DNA of 64,000 nt from assembly GCA_041753155.1 (NCBI GenBank), contig JBGSVA010000028.1, positions 11,960 through 75,959 on the forward strand. The letters are read 5' to 3'. Shown here piece by piece: positions 28,930 to 39,659 of this stretch. Made by a program: the position numbers and the translations under genes. The notes below the pieces were generated by a model. It had not been told where the DNA came from, did no database searches, and worked only from the letters and a program-made list of their open reading frames with translations. The DNA is from Thermodesulfobacteriota bacterium (lineage in GTDB: Bacteria > Desulfobacterota_D > UBA1144 > Nemesobacterales > UBA2774). Positions within the stretch are counted from its first letter, which is position 1; each line of letters begins with the position of its first letter.

Positions 28930-31470
28930 ATGAACATGTATCAGGAATTCGGAAGAGCTTTAAAAGAAACCGAATATACGATCCTTCACGGATGGCAATC
29001 TTTGCCCGATTATCACAAATCCGATCTCGATATAGCTATCAACCCTCGGCATCTAAAAATACTGGAAAAGTCGCTTTTGGGTTTTGAATCCGCCAGACTG
29101 GTGCAAATGCTTCAGCACGAATCTACCTGTTTCCATTTTATATTGGCTGCCAAAAACGGAAAAGGAATAAAATATCTGCAAATCGATGCGGCTACGGACT
29201 ACAGGAGAAACGGGCTGATTTATTTTTCCTCGGAAGAGTTAACCCGGGCCAGACAGAAATGGAAGGGATTCTGGGTGTCTTCCCCTGAGATGGAATTGGC
29301 TTATCTGCTCGTTAAGAAAACACTTAAAGGTGAAACACCGGAACACCAAAAGAAAAGACTCGAATACTTGATAGGGGAGCTAGGTGAGATGAGTTCTACT
29401 ATGATATCAACAGAGCTCTTTGGGAATGAGTTCGGACCGATAGTAATTTCCTGGATATATAAGGAAAATTGGAGTGTCCTGGAATCGAATGTACCCAAAT
29501 TGAAAAGAGCGCTGATGATGGAGACCGTAAAAAAGGACCCCTTAAATCCTTTCAAATACTGGATTAATGAAGCAAATCGCATCCTGAGAAGGTGGCTTAA
29601 TCCAACCGGATTGTTTATAGCGGTACTTGGTCCGGACGGGGTGGGGAAAAGCACCTTAATTAAAAGATTGGAACATGAGCTATCGGTTGCGTTCCGACGT
29701 ACGGAGAACTTCCATCTGAGACCCGGGGTGTTAGGCAAGAAACCAGAGGGCGAACCTGTGACCGACCCTCATGGAAAGCCTACTCGTTCTTATTTGCTCT
29801 CGACTCTAAAGATCCTGTATTACTTCACTGATTACACTTTGGGTTATCTATTCAAAATCTATCCTAAAATCATAAGATCGACCATGGTTATTTCTGACAG
29901 ATATTGCGATGACTTACTGGTTGATCCAGTCCGTTATAGGTATGGAGGATCATTCTGGTTCGTTAAACTCATGTGTTATTTTATCCCCAGGCCCCGTTTA
30001 TATTTGGTGTTGGATATTCCCGCGGACAAGATTCTGAAGCGTAAGCAGGAGGTTGGAGAAGAGGAATTGATTCGTCAGCGAAAGGCATATATGGACCTGG
30101 CGGTAAGGCTCCCTAATGCTTTTATTCTGGATTCCGGAGGGACCCCGGAAAAGGTGGCGGATGATGCTTCGGAAATCATAACGAATTATCTGCACAACAG
30201 ATATATGGAGCGGAGCGGGTCATTTTTCCCGAATAATGACAAAATGAATACTCTTGCCTGGCTGACTTCCGTACTGTCAGCCAACCCCCGTGGATCTTTT
30301 TTCACCATCAAGGGTGCTGGAAACAGAGATAAGAGTTTGGTTTGGGAAACTACTTACGAATTCAAATATTTACCGGTCAAGGACGGCCGCGCATATTTAC
30401 TACCCCTGAAACGGAAACCGGCCGAAAACGGTCTTTTGCTTTATAACGCACAGAGTGAAAAAGCAAAAGCGGTAAAAGCCCTTCTGAAGAAACGTTACAT
30501 CATCGGTTTAAGCAGTCTTTTGTTGAATTCAGTAAGTGTTATGACAAGCCGTAGTTTAAATATCCGTGAGAAGAGCGAGGTATTGATCTTTGAATATTTA
30601 AAGGAAGTAATGAATCTGGGAGAGCTCGATTTCGCACTCTCTCTAGGTACTCCGGGACCCCATCGAAAACCTGTTATACAAATCAATAACGGGGAGGGTA
30701 TAGTTGTCGGTTATGTCAAGGTCGGGTGGAATGAGGTTACAAATTCGCTTGTAAGAAATGAAGCTGATACAATCAAAAAACTGTCCTGCACATCTTTTAA
30801 TTCCTTCGGAATGCCTTCCGTTTTACATGCAGGTTGGTGGCATGATCGATACTTTACAATACTATCCTCACCTGAGGGCCATCTCTTACCAGCATCTAAA
30901 ACGCTGAATATTATGTACATGAATGTCATAAATGATTTAGCGGACTTCAATACACGGAGTATGCTCGTCCGGGAGAGCGATTTCTGGGCGGTTCTATTAA
31001 ACAGAGTGAATAAAGTTAAGAACGGGTACTTTCGCTCTGTTTTGAAGCAAAAAGGTATACCGCGAATAGAGAAGGCATTAAACAATATATCGCTCCCGTT
31101 TCATATGTCCCACGGGGACTTTGCTCCCTGGAACACATATACCGGGAACGACAAGATCTTTCTCTATGACTGGGAATATGCACGTCCGTACGTGCCTGCG
31201 GGCTATGATTTATTTCATTATATTTTCCAGACTAATGTTTTTCTCGAAAAAAGAAATTCCGATGAGCTGTATAGAGCTGTATTGAGCGATAGTCTTAACA
31301 GTTTAACGAAAAAGTATTGGGAGAAACTCGGAGTAAGTACGGACTCCCGGAATACGCTTTTCCTCTTATATTTACTGGATAGATTTTCGATTGCTGCTTC
31401 GGAAGGGGCCGGGAGTTTTCAAGAGCTGAATCAATTTTCCAAGATAATTATGCTGTTAACCGATATTTAA
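28930..31470 (+). CDS. Three-domain fusion enzyme: N-terminal LicD/MNT-like nucleotidyltransferase-fold domain, central P-loop (thymidylate-kinase-like) kinase domain, C-terminal APH/choline-kinase-like phosphotransferase domain
   Basis: N-terminus: YTILHGWQSLPDYHKSDLDIAIN (G...[SD]DxDxhh NTase signature). Central: IAVLGPDGVGKSTLIKRL (Walker A), MVISDRYCDDL (Walker B with DRY, as in dTMP kinase), LID KRKQEVGEEELIRQRKAY. C-terminus: HMSHGDFAPWN and LYDWEYA (APH/ChoK Brenner and DFG-like motifs). Start taken at MNMYQ, after the overlap with the upstream gene. Confidence 0.6.
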   Translation: MNMYQEFGRALKETEYTILHGWQSLPDYHKSDLDIAINPRHLKILEKSLLGFESARLVQMLQHESTCFHFILAAKNGKGIKYLQIDAATDYRRNGLIYFSSEELTRARQKWKGFWVSSPEMELAYLLVKKTLKGETPEHQKKRLEYLIGELGEMSSTMISTELFGNEFGPIVISWIYKENWSVLESNVPKLKRALMMETVKKDPLNPFKYWINEANRILRRWLNPTGLFIAVLGPDGVGKSTLIKRLEHELSVAFRRTENFHLRPGVLGKKPEGEPVTDPHGKPTRSYLLSTLKILYYFTDYTLGYLFKIYPKIIRSTMVISDRYCDDLLVDPVRYRYGGSFWFVKLMCYFIPRPRLYLVLDIPADKILKRKQEVGEEELIRQRKAYMDLAVRLPNAFILDSGGTPEKVADDASEIITNYLHNRYMERSGSFFPNNDKMNTLAWLTSVLSANPRGSFFTIKGAGNRDKSLVWETTYEFKYLPVKDGRAYLLPLKRKPAENGLLLYNAQSEKAKAVKALLKKRYIIGLSSLLLNSVSVMTSRSLNIREKSEVLIFEYLKEVMNLGELDFALSLGTPGPHRKPVIQINNGEGIVVGYVKVGWNEVTNSLVRNEADTIKKLSCTSFNSFGMPSVLHAGWWHDRYFTILSSPEGHLLPASKTLNIMYMNVINDLADFNTRSMLVRESDFWAVLLNRVNKVKNGYFRSVLKQKGIPRIEKALNNISLPFHMSHGDFAPWNTYTGNDKIFLYDWEYARPYVPAGYDLFHYIFQTNVFLEKRNSDELYRAVLSDSLNSLTKKYWEKLGVSTDSRNTLFLLYLLDRFSIAASEGAGSFQELNQFSKIIMLLTDI

Positions 31471-31484
31471 CCGGGAAAAGCTTT

Positions 31485-32717
31485 ATGCAAAAAAGACTTA
31501 AGGTATTGATTTCCGCCTATGCTTGTGAGTCCGGAAAAGGCTCTGAGCCCGGAATAGGATGGAATTGGGTAAAACAAATCGGCCGATTCCATGACGTGTG
31601 GGTTATTACACGGTCGACCAACCGGGTATCTATTGAGCGGGAAAGCCCCTATATGCCACCAAATATCCACTGGTTATATTTTGATTTTCCCGGATGGGCC
31701 AGGTTTTGGAAGAAAGGCCAGCGCGGAGTTTATTTATATTATTACTTATGGCAAATAGCGGTTTATTTTCTGGCAAGACGGATACATAAGGGAGTTAATT
31801 TCGACATAATCCATCATTTAACATTCGGTGTTTATTGGCTTCCGAGCTTTCTATCACTTCTCCCTGCACCTTTTATATACGGTCCTCTGGGCGGCGCCGA
31901 ATCGGCACCTAAGGAGTTTTACAGTAGCTTCAGTCTCAGGGGTAAGATTTATGAATGGTTGAGAAATACGGCAAGATGGATCGGTGAGAAAGACCCTTTC
32001 GTGCTGATAAGTATCAGGAGAGCAAGGTTAGTTTTGGCGAGAGTGAGGGATACGGGTGAACGACTCTCTTTTCTCGGAGCAAAAGATGTGCGTTATTGCT
32101 CGGACTTTGGAATCAGCGTTGAGGAGATTGAAAGACTGGGTGCGATAAACGGCAAGAGACCCGAGCAGCTCGTGGTGATAAGTGTCGGCAGACTGCTGCA
32201 TTGGAAAGGCTTTCATCTGGGACTCAAGGCCTTTTCCAGGTTTGTGACCGAATTTCCCTCTAGTGAATACTGGTTTGTGGGGGACGGACCGGAGCGGCGA
32301 AATTTAGAATTAATGGCGGAAGGGTTGCACATAGCGGATAAAGTAAAGTTTTATGGCGTGCTTACTCGGCACGAGGTCTTAAAAAGGCTTTCTGAATCCG
32401 AAATGTTAGTTCATCCGAGCCTTCATGACTCTGGTGGTTGGGTATGTATTGAAGCAATGGCTTTAGGGAAGCCCGTGTTATGCCTTGATCTGGGGGGACC
32501 TGCAATGCAGGTATCCCGGGAGACGGGATTTAAGCTCCCGGCTGGCACTCCTGAACAATCTGTCGACGACCTGACGAATGCGATGAAACAACTGGCAGGG
32601 GATTTCAGCCTGGGCAGGAGAATGGGCGAAGCCGCACGGAAAAGGGCTTTGGACTATTTTGAATGGGATAAAAAGGGCGAATGGATAAACAAAATCTATC
32701 AGGAAGTGGCAGTTTAA
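31485..32717 (+). CDS. Glycosyltransferase family 4
   Basis: MQKRLKVLISAYACESGKGSEPGIGWNW...VHPSLHDSGGWVCIEAMALGKPVLCLDLGGPAMQV. Confidence 0.8.
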   Translation: MQKRLKVLISAYACESGKGSEPGIGWNWVKQIGRFHDVWVITRSTNRVSIERESPYMPPNIHWLYFDFPGWARFWKKGQRGVYLYYYLWQIAVYFLARRIHKGVNFDIIHHLTFGVYWLPSFLSLLPAPFIYGPLGGAESAPKEFYSSFSLRGKIYEWLRNTARWIGEKDPFVLISIRRARLVLARVRDTGERLSFLGAKDVRYCSDFGISVEEIERLGAINGKRPEQLVVISVGRLLHWKGFHLGLKAFSRFVTEFPSSEYWFVGDGPERRNLELMAEGLHIADKVKFYGVLTRHEVLKRLSESEMLVHPSLHDSGGWVCIEAMALGKPVLCLDLGGPAMQVSRETGFKLPAGTPEQSVDDLTNAMKQLAGDFSLGRRMGEAARKRALDYFEWDKKGEWINKIYQEVAV

Positions 32718-32718
32718 G

Positions 32719-34197
32719 ATGAATTGGGCAAGTAAATATCCTGAAATCAAGCCTGCAATTATTGTGGCCGGCGCATCAGTCCTGATTGGCTTTTTTGCCT
32801 TGGAGATATCGAATCGGTTCGATTACTATATGGTTCTAATCTGTGTTTTGGGAGTTCCAACGGGCTTTCTTGTCTTAAGGTCTATATTTATTTCAAGCTT
32901 CAGATTAAAGGAATTGTTCGTACGGCTTAAATGGTGTCATTACCTTTGGTTTTTAGTTTTCATGAGCGGACTCGTTTTTCGTATAAGAGATACGGATACA
33001 GTTCAACAAAACCCGTTAGATCTCTGGGCTCTTTATAGGATAGGTGTAATGGGGTTCATAGGCTATGTGCTGCTCATGAGGCTGGCTATGCATAAAACGG
33101 ACTGGTTATCTTCTCTGTTCAGGGGTTCTGTAGGACTATTCGCAGGATTTGCGCTGGTTGCTCTGCTTTCCACCGCGTGGTCTGTCTATCCCATGTGGAC
33201 ACTTTATAAGTCCCTTGAATACATAATCAGTCTGTCCCTTATCGCTGCAATAATATTCTCGGCAAAATCAATACCTGATTTCAAGGTGCTTTTCGACTTG
33301 ACCTGGGTATTGTTAGGCCTGCTCGCGGCCAGCGCCTGGATCGGGATTTTAATATGGCCTGATATTGCAATGCGCAGGGATGTTGGAGTTCTGGGGAGTC
33401 AGCTTTCTGGAGTAATTCCTGCGATGGAAACTAATCAAGTGGGAGAGCTGGGCGCAATACTGTGTATTGTAGCGTTCAACCGCATTCTGTTCATGAAAGA
33501 CAAAAGATTATATTTCGTAATCTTTCTTGCAGCTATGGCTACATTGATAATCGCGCAGAGCAGAACACCTATTGCGGGTTTTCTCGTGGCTGTACCTCTG
33601 ATGCTGTTTGCTTCCAGAAGAATCGGCCCTTTTGCTTTCACAATTATGCTGATGTTCTTGGTGCTCAACTTTACCGGTATAACGGATACGTTCTGGGAAT
33701 ATTTTCAGCGTGGACAGGATCGGGAGCATTTTTCATCTTTTTCGGGAAGGACCTACGGTTGGGCTTTGGGGTGGGAACTCTTTAAGGCCAATCCTTTGGT
33801 AGGTTACGGTGCGTATGCCGGAGGAAGATTTGTGGTGCTGACTGAGCTGGGGGGAGTGGGAGATTGGTCTTCAATCCTAAATACATGGCTGGAAATTCTT
33901 CTTGGAGTGGGATTGATAGGTGCTATTTTTACAGTAGCAGCTTTTCTGAGGACATGGAAAAATCTTTTGGAGGCTACGTTTTCGAGCAGGAACGGAACGC
34001 TGCTTCATTGTTTAGCTGTGGAAGGTGTGGGCATACTTGCCCTTATCTCTGTACGTTCAATGTTTACAACCAATATATTTTGGCATCCTCCTTTGCTTTT
34101 CTTCCTTGTTCTGGGGTATACAGAATTTTTATACAGGCATTACAAGTGCGTAAACTTCAGAAAACCTTTTCTTAGAAAATCGTTAATGACTAACTGA
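32719..34197 (+). CDS. Wzy-type polymerase / O-antigen ligase family membrane protein
   Basis: At least ten TM segments with a large periplasmic loop containing the Wzy_C-like block LIIAQSRTPIAGFLVAVPLMLF. It sits among GTs next to wzx. Confidence 0.7.
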   Translation: MNWASKYPEIKPAIIVAGASVLIGFFALEISNRFDYYMVLICVLGVPTGFLVLRSIFISSFRLKELFVRLKWCHYLWFLVFMSGLVFRIRDTDTVQQNPLDLWALYRIGVMGFIGYVLLMRLAMHKTDWLSSLFRGSVGLFAGFALVALLSTAWSVYPMWTLYKSLEYIISLSLIAAIIFSAKSIPDFKVLFDLTWVLLGLLAASAWIGILIWPDIAMRRDVGVLGSQLSGVIPAMETNQVGELGAILCIVAFNRILFMKDKRLYFVIFLAAMATLIIAQSRTPIAGFLVAVPLMLFASRRIGPFAFTIMLMFLVLNFTGITDTFWEYFQRGQDREHFSSFSGRTYGWALGWELFKANPLVGYGAYAGGRFVVLTELGGVGDWSSILNTWLEILLGVGLIGAIFTVAAFLRTWKNLLEATFSSRNGTLLHCLAVEGVGILALISVRSMFTTNIFWHPPLLFFLVLGYTEFLYRHYKCVNFRKPFLRKSLMTN

Positions 34198-34556
34198 GAA
34201 TATAGCCGGTATCCACACAGTATTAATAATCCTTGAGAAAATCATCACTGAAATATGTTTCAGAACCGAGAGGAGATCACGTCCATAGAAAAAGCAAATT
34301 GACAACAGTATCAATGGTTCATGCTTTGAACATGGGAATGGAATGTCCTTATTGCAAATGTGATGCGTCGGAGTTAGAACGGATATATTTGGTGTAAAAC
34401 CATTCGGGAATCAGGGACTCATGGGTAGGGGATACAAGATACGGAAGAGGTTAAGATGGTATATATGGTACGCCGAACTAATCTTCACAATTTACTAGGG
34501 TAAATACTGCAAACAGCCGATATCGAGGGTGAACTCCTTTATTTCACCAGAAAATC

Positions 34557-35744
34557 ATGAGAGTGCTTGTCGCACATAACTATTATCAGCAGCCGGGTGG
34601 TGAGGATACGGTATTCGCTGCCGAAACGGAGCTTCTCCGGAGGTATGGTCATGAGGTTGTCGAGTACACGGAAAGGAATGAGAGAATCAATTCCATGAAT
34701 ATCGGTACTGTGGCTCTGAAAATGATATGGTCTCTTAGCTCGAAAAAAAAAATAATTGAAATACTCGACAGGACAAAACCCGATGTCGCGCACTTCCATA
34801 ATACATTTTTACTCATATCACCATCTGCGTATTATGCGTGTAAAGATAGGAATGTGCCCGTAATACAATCACTTCACAATCCGAGACTTCTTTGTCCGGC
34901 GGCAAATCTTTATCGTGACGGTAAGGTGTGTGAAGACTGTGTGGGTAAAACATTACCTTGGCCTGGGGTGGTGCACGGCTGTTACCGGCACTCAAGGTCT
35001 CAAACAGCACTCGTCGCAACAATGCTGACACTACACCGGATGCTCGGGACCTGGGACCGGGTTATTGATACTTTTATCGTATTCACTGAGTTTTACAGGA
35101 AAAAATTCATAGAGGGGGGACTCCCTCCGGAGAAAATTGCTCTTAAGCCACACTTCGTTGATCCCGACCCGGGTTGTCGTAACGGGCGGAAAGGGGAATA
35201 CGCACTCTACATCGGAAGGCTCGACAGGGAAAAGGGTATTAATACTTTACTCAAGGCATGGCGGCACAATACTAACGTCCCGCTGAAGATCAGAGGGGAC
35301 GGGAATCTATTAGGCGAGGTCGCCGAATATATAAACAGAAACAACCTGAAATCGGTAGAGATTGTAAGACGTCTCAAGAGGGCGGAGCTCAATGAGTTAA
35401 TCAAAAATGCACGGTTCCTTGTTTGGCCGTCGGAAGGGTATTACGAAACGTTCGGGTTAGTGGCAATCGAATCATTTGCGTGCGGTGTACCGGTAATCGC
35501 TTCAAGGGCAGGGGCATTGGCGGAGAATGTTAGAGACGGGTATACAGGACTTCATTTTACGCCGGGTGATACAGATGATTTATCAGCGAAGGTGAATTGG
35601 GCATGGAATCACCCGGAGGAAATGGCCCTTATGGGGAGGGCCGCCCGAAGAGAGTATGAAACGAATTACAGCTCTGAAAAAAATTACAGGATACTCCTCG
35701 GAATATACGAAAAGGCTATAAGTGAGAAAAAGGTCCGGCATTAA
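34557..35744 (+). CDS. Glycosyltransferase family 4
   Basis: MRVLVAHNYYQQPGGEDTV...LYIGRLDREKGINTLL...VWPSEGYYETFGLVAIESFACGVPVIASRAGALAENV. Confidence 0.85.
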   Translation: MRVLVAHNYYQQPGGEDTVFAAETELLRRYGHEVVEYTERNERINSMNIGTVALKMIWSLSSKKKIIEILDRTKPDVAHFHNTFLLISPSAYYACKDRNVPVIQSLHNPRLLCPAANLYRDGKVCEDCVGKTLPWPGVVHGCYRHSRSQTALVATMLTLHRMLGTWDRVIDTFIVFTEFYRKKFIEGGLPPEKIALKPHFVDPDPGCRNGRKGEYALYIGRLDREKGINTLLKAWRHNTNVPLKIRGDGNLLGEVAEYINRNNLKSVEIVRRLKRAELNELIKNARFLVWPSEGYYETFGLVAIESFACGVPVIASRAGALAENVRDGYTGLHFTPGDTDDLSAKVNWAWNHPEEMALMGRAARREYETNYSSEKNYRILLGIYEKAISEKKVRH

Positions 35745-35836
35745 AAAGACACCGAATATGTGCAGGTTGCGGGTTGCCCGGGGGTATTCAATTCCTTTCT
35801 CCGGCGTAAAACATAAAACTTTTATATTGGAGACGG

Positions 35837-36610
35837 ATGATGATCGTGAATAATTGGGACAGATACAGGATACTCGGGGTCAACGTATCAGCCGTTCAGA
35901 TAGGTGATGTAATCCGTCAGATGGACGAATGGATTGAAGAGAGGAGCTTCGGACATTATATAGCGGTAACCAATACCCATGTTATAACGGAGTCCTGGTT
36001 CAACCCGGAATATAAAAAGGTTCTTAATACCGCAGATTTTGTGGTTCCTGACGGGATGCCGCTCGTGTGGCTTGGAAGGTTAGGGGGGTATTCGCTCAAA
36101 CGCAGGGTTTATGGTCCGGAATTGATGGAAAGCTTCTTATTGGATAAAAAAGGGCGTAAACGCAGACACTTCCTGTATGGGGGCAAGCCCGGTGTTCCCG
36201 AGAGACTTATGGAAAACCTATCGGGGAGTTGTCCCGACTTAGAGTTCGTCGGAAGTTATTCGCCTCCTTTCCGCCCGCTTACATCAGAAGAGGACAGGGC
36301 GGTGGTCGATAGGGTAAATAGTCTGGGACCGGATGTTGTCTGGGTAGGACTGGGAGCGCCGAAGCAGGAGATATGGATGCACGAGCATAGGCATAGCCTC
36401 CGTGTGCCGCTTATGGTGGGTGTAGGGGCGGCATTCGATTTCCTCGCCGGCGTTAAATCTCAGGCCCCTTCGCTACTAAGGGAAAACGGGTTTGAGTGGT
36501 TATGGCGCTTGATGAGTGAACCGCAGCGTTTATGGCGCAGATATCTGCTCTACGGACCGCTCTTTGTCGGTTTGGTAATGCTCGAGAAGATGAAAATATT
36601 AAAGTTCTAA
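35837..36610 (+). CDS. WecB/TagA/CpsF-family glycosyltransferase (GT26)
   Basis: ILGVNVSAV...HYIAVTNTHVITES...ADFVVPDGMPLVWLGRLGG...VWVGLGAPKQEIWM. Confidence 0.8.
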   Translation: MMIVNNWDRYRILGVNVSAVQIGDVIRQMDEWIEERSFGHYIAVTNTHVITESWFNPEYKKVLNTADFVVPDGMPLVWLGRLGGYSLKRRVYGPELMESFLLDKKGRKRRHFLYGGKPGVPERLMENLSGSCPDLEFVGSYSPPFRPLTSEEDRAVVDRVNSLGPDVVWVGLGAPKQEIWMHEHRHSLRVPLMVGVGAAFDFLAGVKSQAPSLLRENGFEWLWRLMSEPQRLWRRYLLYGPLFVGLVMLEKMKILKF

Positions 36611-36654
36611 GTTTAAATTCCCCGAAGTTAAATAAATTTAAGGAGGGATAAATT

Positions 36655-37707
36655 ATGAAACGAAGAATTTTGGTCACTGGCGGAAGCGGATTCATAGGAT
36701 CTCATTTATCCGAAAGGTTACTTGAGACCGGGAACGAGGTAATCTGCGTCGATAATTTTTTTACCGGGACGAAACATAACATTATACACTTGATGGGGAA
36801 TCCCTTCTTCGATGTCATCCGGCATGATATATGCTTTCCCCTCTATATGGAAGTGGACGCAATCTATAATCTTGCCTGTCCGGCATCTCCGATACACTAT
36901 CAGTTCGACCCAGTACAAACGACTAAGGTCAATGTTCTTGGCGCTATAAATATGCTGGGTCTGGCAAAAAGACTGAAAGTCAGGATTTTTCAAGCCTCGA
37001 CTAGTGAAGTCTACGGTGACCCGGCCGTACATCCACAGACCGAAAGCTACTGGGGCAATGTAAACCCGATAGGTACCAGGTCGTGTTATGATGAAGGGAA
37101 AAGATGTGCCGAGACCCTCTTTTTCGACTACAACCGTCAACACGGTATAGATATAAGAGTGGCCAGGATCTTCAATACCTACGGTCCCAGAATGCACCCC
37201 AAGGACGGAAGAGTCATAAGCAATTTCATCGTACAGGCCCTTATGGGGAATCCCATAACGATTTATGGAGACGGAATGCAGACCAGGTCGTTCTGTTATG
37301 TTGATGATATGGTAAACGGCATAATCAGTCTTATGAATCTTCCGGAAAAATTTACCGGCCCTGTAAACCTCGGTAATCCGGTTGAGAAAACGATCGTGGA
37401 ATTGGCGAATATGATTATTGAACTTACGGGTTCGGGATCTAAAATTGTATTTAAGCCGCTCCCGTCCGACGACCCTGTGAGAAGAAGGCCGGATATTAAA
37501 CTTGCGACGGAAAAGCTCGATTGGGCACCGAATGTTGAGCTAGAAACCGGGCTGAGAAATACAATCGGTTATTTCGATGAGTTACTCCGTTCAGGTGGAA
37601 GGAAGGATCTGGAGTTTAACTTAAGAGAACATTCAGATGAGAGATGGGAGAAGGATAAATTAAGCGATATGCCGTTAAATAAATCCGCATCGTCCGCTTC
37701 CTTGTAG
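36655..37707 (+). CDS. uxs: UDP-glucuronate decarboxylase (UDP-xylose synthase, extended SDR)
   Basis: [23 protein letters not shown]...VDNFFTG...[19 protein letters not shown]...[11 protein letters not shown]...[11 protein letters not shown]. Very close to the UXS/ArnA-decarboxylase signature. Confidence 0.85.
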   Translation: MKRRILVTGGSGFIGSHLSERLLETGNEVICVDNFFTGTKHNIIHLMGNPFFDVIRHDICFPLYMEVDAIYNLACPASPIHYQFDPVQTTKVNVLGAINMLGLAKRLKVRIFQASTSEVYGDPAVHPQTESYWGNVNPIGTRSCYDEGKRCAETLFFDYNRQHGIDIRVARIFNTYGPRMHPKDGRVISNFIVQALMGNPITIYGDGMQTRSFCYVDDMVNGIISLMNLPEKFTGPVNLGNPVEKTIVELANMIIELTGSGSKIVFKPLPSDDPVRRRPDIKLATEKLDWAPNVELETGLRNTIGYFDELLRSGGRKDLEFNLREHSDERWEKDKLSDMPLNKSASSASL

Positions 37708-37836
37708 GGTGCTCGTCATAGGTTGTTCTGTTAAGTTCCATAAGAATACAGTTTAGTTGATTCAAATAAGATACGTTCCGTATCTAAGCAAGCCCGTAGT
37801 TTGTCATCCTAAAAAACAAGTTTTCCGGTCGGGAAC

Positions 37837-38826
37837 ATGAGTCGGATTTGTCCAAAGATTAGTCTGGGTATGCCCGTCTTTAACGGGAAAAATTATATCG
37901 AGCAGGCGATTATCTCGATCCTGGAACAGACCTATTCCGATTTCGAGCTAATTATATCCGACAACGCTTCGGATGACGGTACGGAAGATATATGTCGTTA
38001 TTACACGGGAATTGACGATCGAGTGCGATATTTCCGTAACGACGCAAATATTGGTGCCGCAATGAACTTTAACCGTACGGTCTTGCACGCGAAAGGTGAA
38101 TTTTTTAAGTGGGCGGCCCACGACGACATGCTCGCCCCGGATTACCTTAATCTGTGTCTTCAAGTCCTCGAGAATGATGAGTCCCTGATTCTTTGTTTCC
38201 CGAAAACTATATTGGTGGATGATTGCGGGCACACGATAGAGCGCTACGAAGTAAGTATGAAAAATATCTCTTCGGAGAGCCCGGTCGTCAGATTCAGGGA
38301 TCTCGTGCTCATCAGCCACTGGGGTGTTGAGATTTTCGGTTTGTTTAGGAAGCGCGTTTTAGATGCCGGAGAGCTGCTTGCCGGTTATCCCGGGTCTGAC
38401 AGGACGTTTATGGCTGAACTGAGCTTGATTGGCCGATTTTATGAAATTCCCGAATATCTATTCTTTTCAAGGGACCATCGTGAGAGATCTACCAGGATCG
38501 GAACTATTCATTCACGCGCAGGCTGGTGGGATACAAAAAATTCCGGTCAAACAGTGTTTCCGCAATGGAGGCTATATCTAGAGCTTATAAGGTGTGTGAA
38601 TTCAGCCCAGTTAGCAGGCAGGGAACGAAGGGCATGCTATATGACTTTGATAAAGTGGCTCACTTCTAACCTGAATTGGGTGTTGATGTTGATAGACCTG
38701 GCTGTTGCAGTAGAGCCGAGATCGTGGGAGTTTGTCCTGGGGCTCAAGAGGAAATTCTTAAAAAAAGGAAAAAATAAAGTTCGGAAAACGAAAGATGATT
38801 TAATTTCCCAGAATTCGAAGTCTTAA
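37837..38826 (+). CDS. Glycosyltransferase family 2
   Basis: PVFNGKNYIEQAIISILEQTYSDFELIISDNASDDGT; DXD motif AAHDDMLAPDY. Confidence 0.8.
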   Translation: MSRICPKISLGMPVFNGKNYIEQAIISILEQTYSDFELIISDNASDDGTEDICRYYTGIDDRVRYFRNDANIGAAMNFNRTVLHAKGEFFKWAAHDDMLAPDYLNLCLQVLENDESLILCFPKTILVDDCGHTIERYEVSMKNISSESPVVRFRDLVLISHWGVEIFGLFRKRVLDAGELLAGYPGSDRTFMAELSLIGRFYEIPEYLFFSRDHRERSTRIGTIHSRAGWWDTKNSGQTVFPQWRLYLELIRCVNSAQLAGRERRACYMTLIKWLTSNLNWVLMLIDLAVAVEPRSWEFVLGLKRKFLKKGKNKVRKTKDDLISQNSKS

Positions 38827-38881
38827 CACTGAAGTTCCTGTAATAAAATTCTTAAAAAACAAAGCTAAGGAGGAATAGGCT

Positions 38882-39658
38882 ATGAAAGTGGCTATTCTTG
38901 CCGGAGGTTACGGGTCGCGTCTTGCTGAAGAGACAGAGGTTAAACCAAAGCCTATGGTAGAGATAGGCGGGCATCCGATTCTCTGGCACATAATGATGCA
39001 TTATGCACATTACGGTTATGACGAATTCATAATCGCTCTCGGATACAAGGGCGAAGTTATAAAGAAGTACATGGTCGATTATTGTTCCCTGAAAAACGAT
39101 CTTAAGGTCAAGCTCAGAACGGGCGAGATAGAGAAAAATGGGACGAGTTCTAACCCTGACTGGACAGTTGAGCTGGTCGACACGGGTGTGCCGACTCAAA
39201 CGGGCGGCCGGATTAAACGTCTTGCTCCTAATATAAAGAACGAGACATTCATGTTGACCTGGGGGGACGGTGTATCCGATGTTGATCTGGACGCTCTCTT
39301 GCAGTTCCATCGTTCGCACGGGAAGCTGGCTACCATGACGGCTGTTCGACCCCCGGCACGTTACGGGCACCTTGATCTGAATGGAAGCAGGGTTTTAGTG
39401 TTCTCGGAAAAACCACAAACTGAGGAAGGATGGATAAACGGTGCGTTTTTTGTCCTCGAGCCGGGAGTTTTCGATTACATAGAAGGGGACGAGGTTGTCT
39501 GGGAGCGTGAGCCTCTCGAGCGGCTTGCGAGGGATGGTCAGCTTATGGCATACAAGCATTATTCATTCTGGCAATGCATGGACACTTTAAGGGAAAAACA
39601 TCTGCTGGAGAAGTTCTGGCAGAGCGGAAACCCACCTTGGAAAATCTGGAGGGATTGA
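38882..39658 (+). CDS. rfbF: Glucose-1-phosphate cytidylyltransferase
   Basis: MKVAILAGGYGSRLAEETEVKPKPMVEIGGHPILWHIMMHYAHYGYDEFIIALGYKG: near-canonical RfbF/DdhA N-terminus. Confidence 0.85.
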   Translation: MKVAILAGGYGSRLAEETEVKPKPMVEIGGHPILWHIMMHYAHYGYDEFIIALGYKGEVIKKYMVDYCSLKNDLKVKLRTGEIEKNGTSSNPDWTVELVDTGVPTQTGGRIKRLAPNIKNETFMLTWGDGVSDVDLDALLQFHRSHGKLATMTAVRPPARYGHLDLNGSRVLVFSEKPQTEEGWINGAFFVLEPGVFDYIEGDEVVWEREPLERLARDGQLMAYKHYSFWQCMDTLREKHLLEKFWQSGNPPWKIWRD

Positions 39659-39659
39659 C

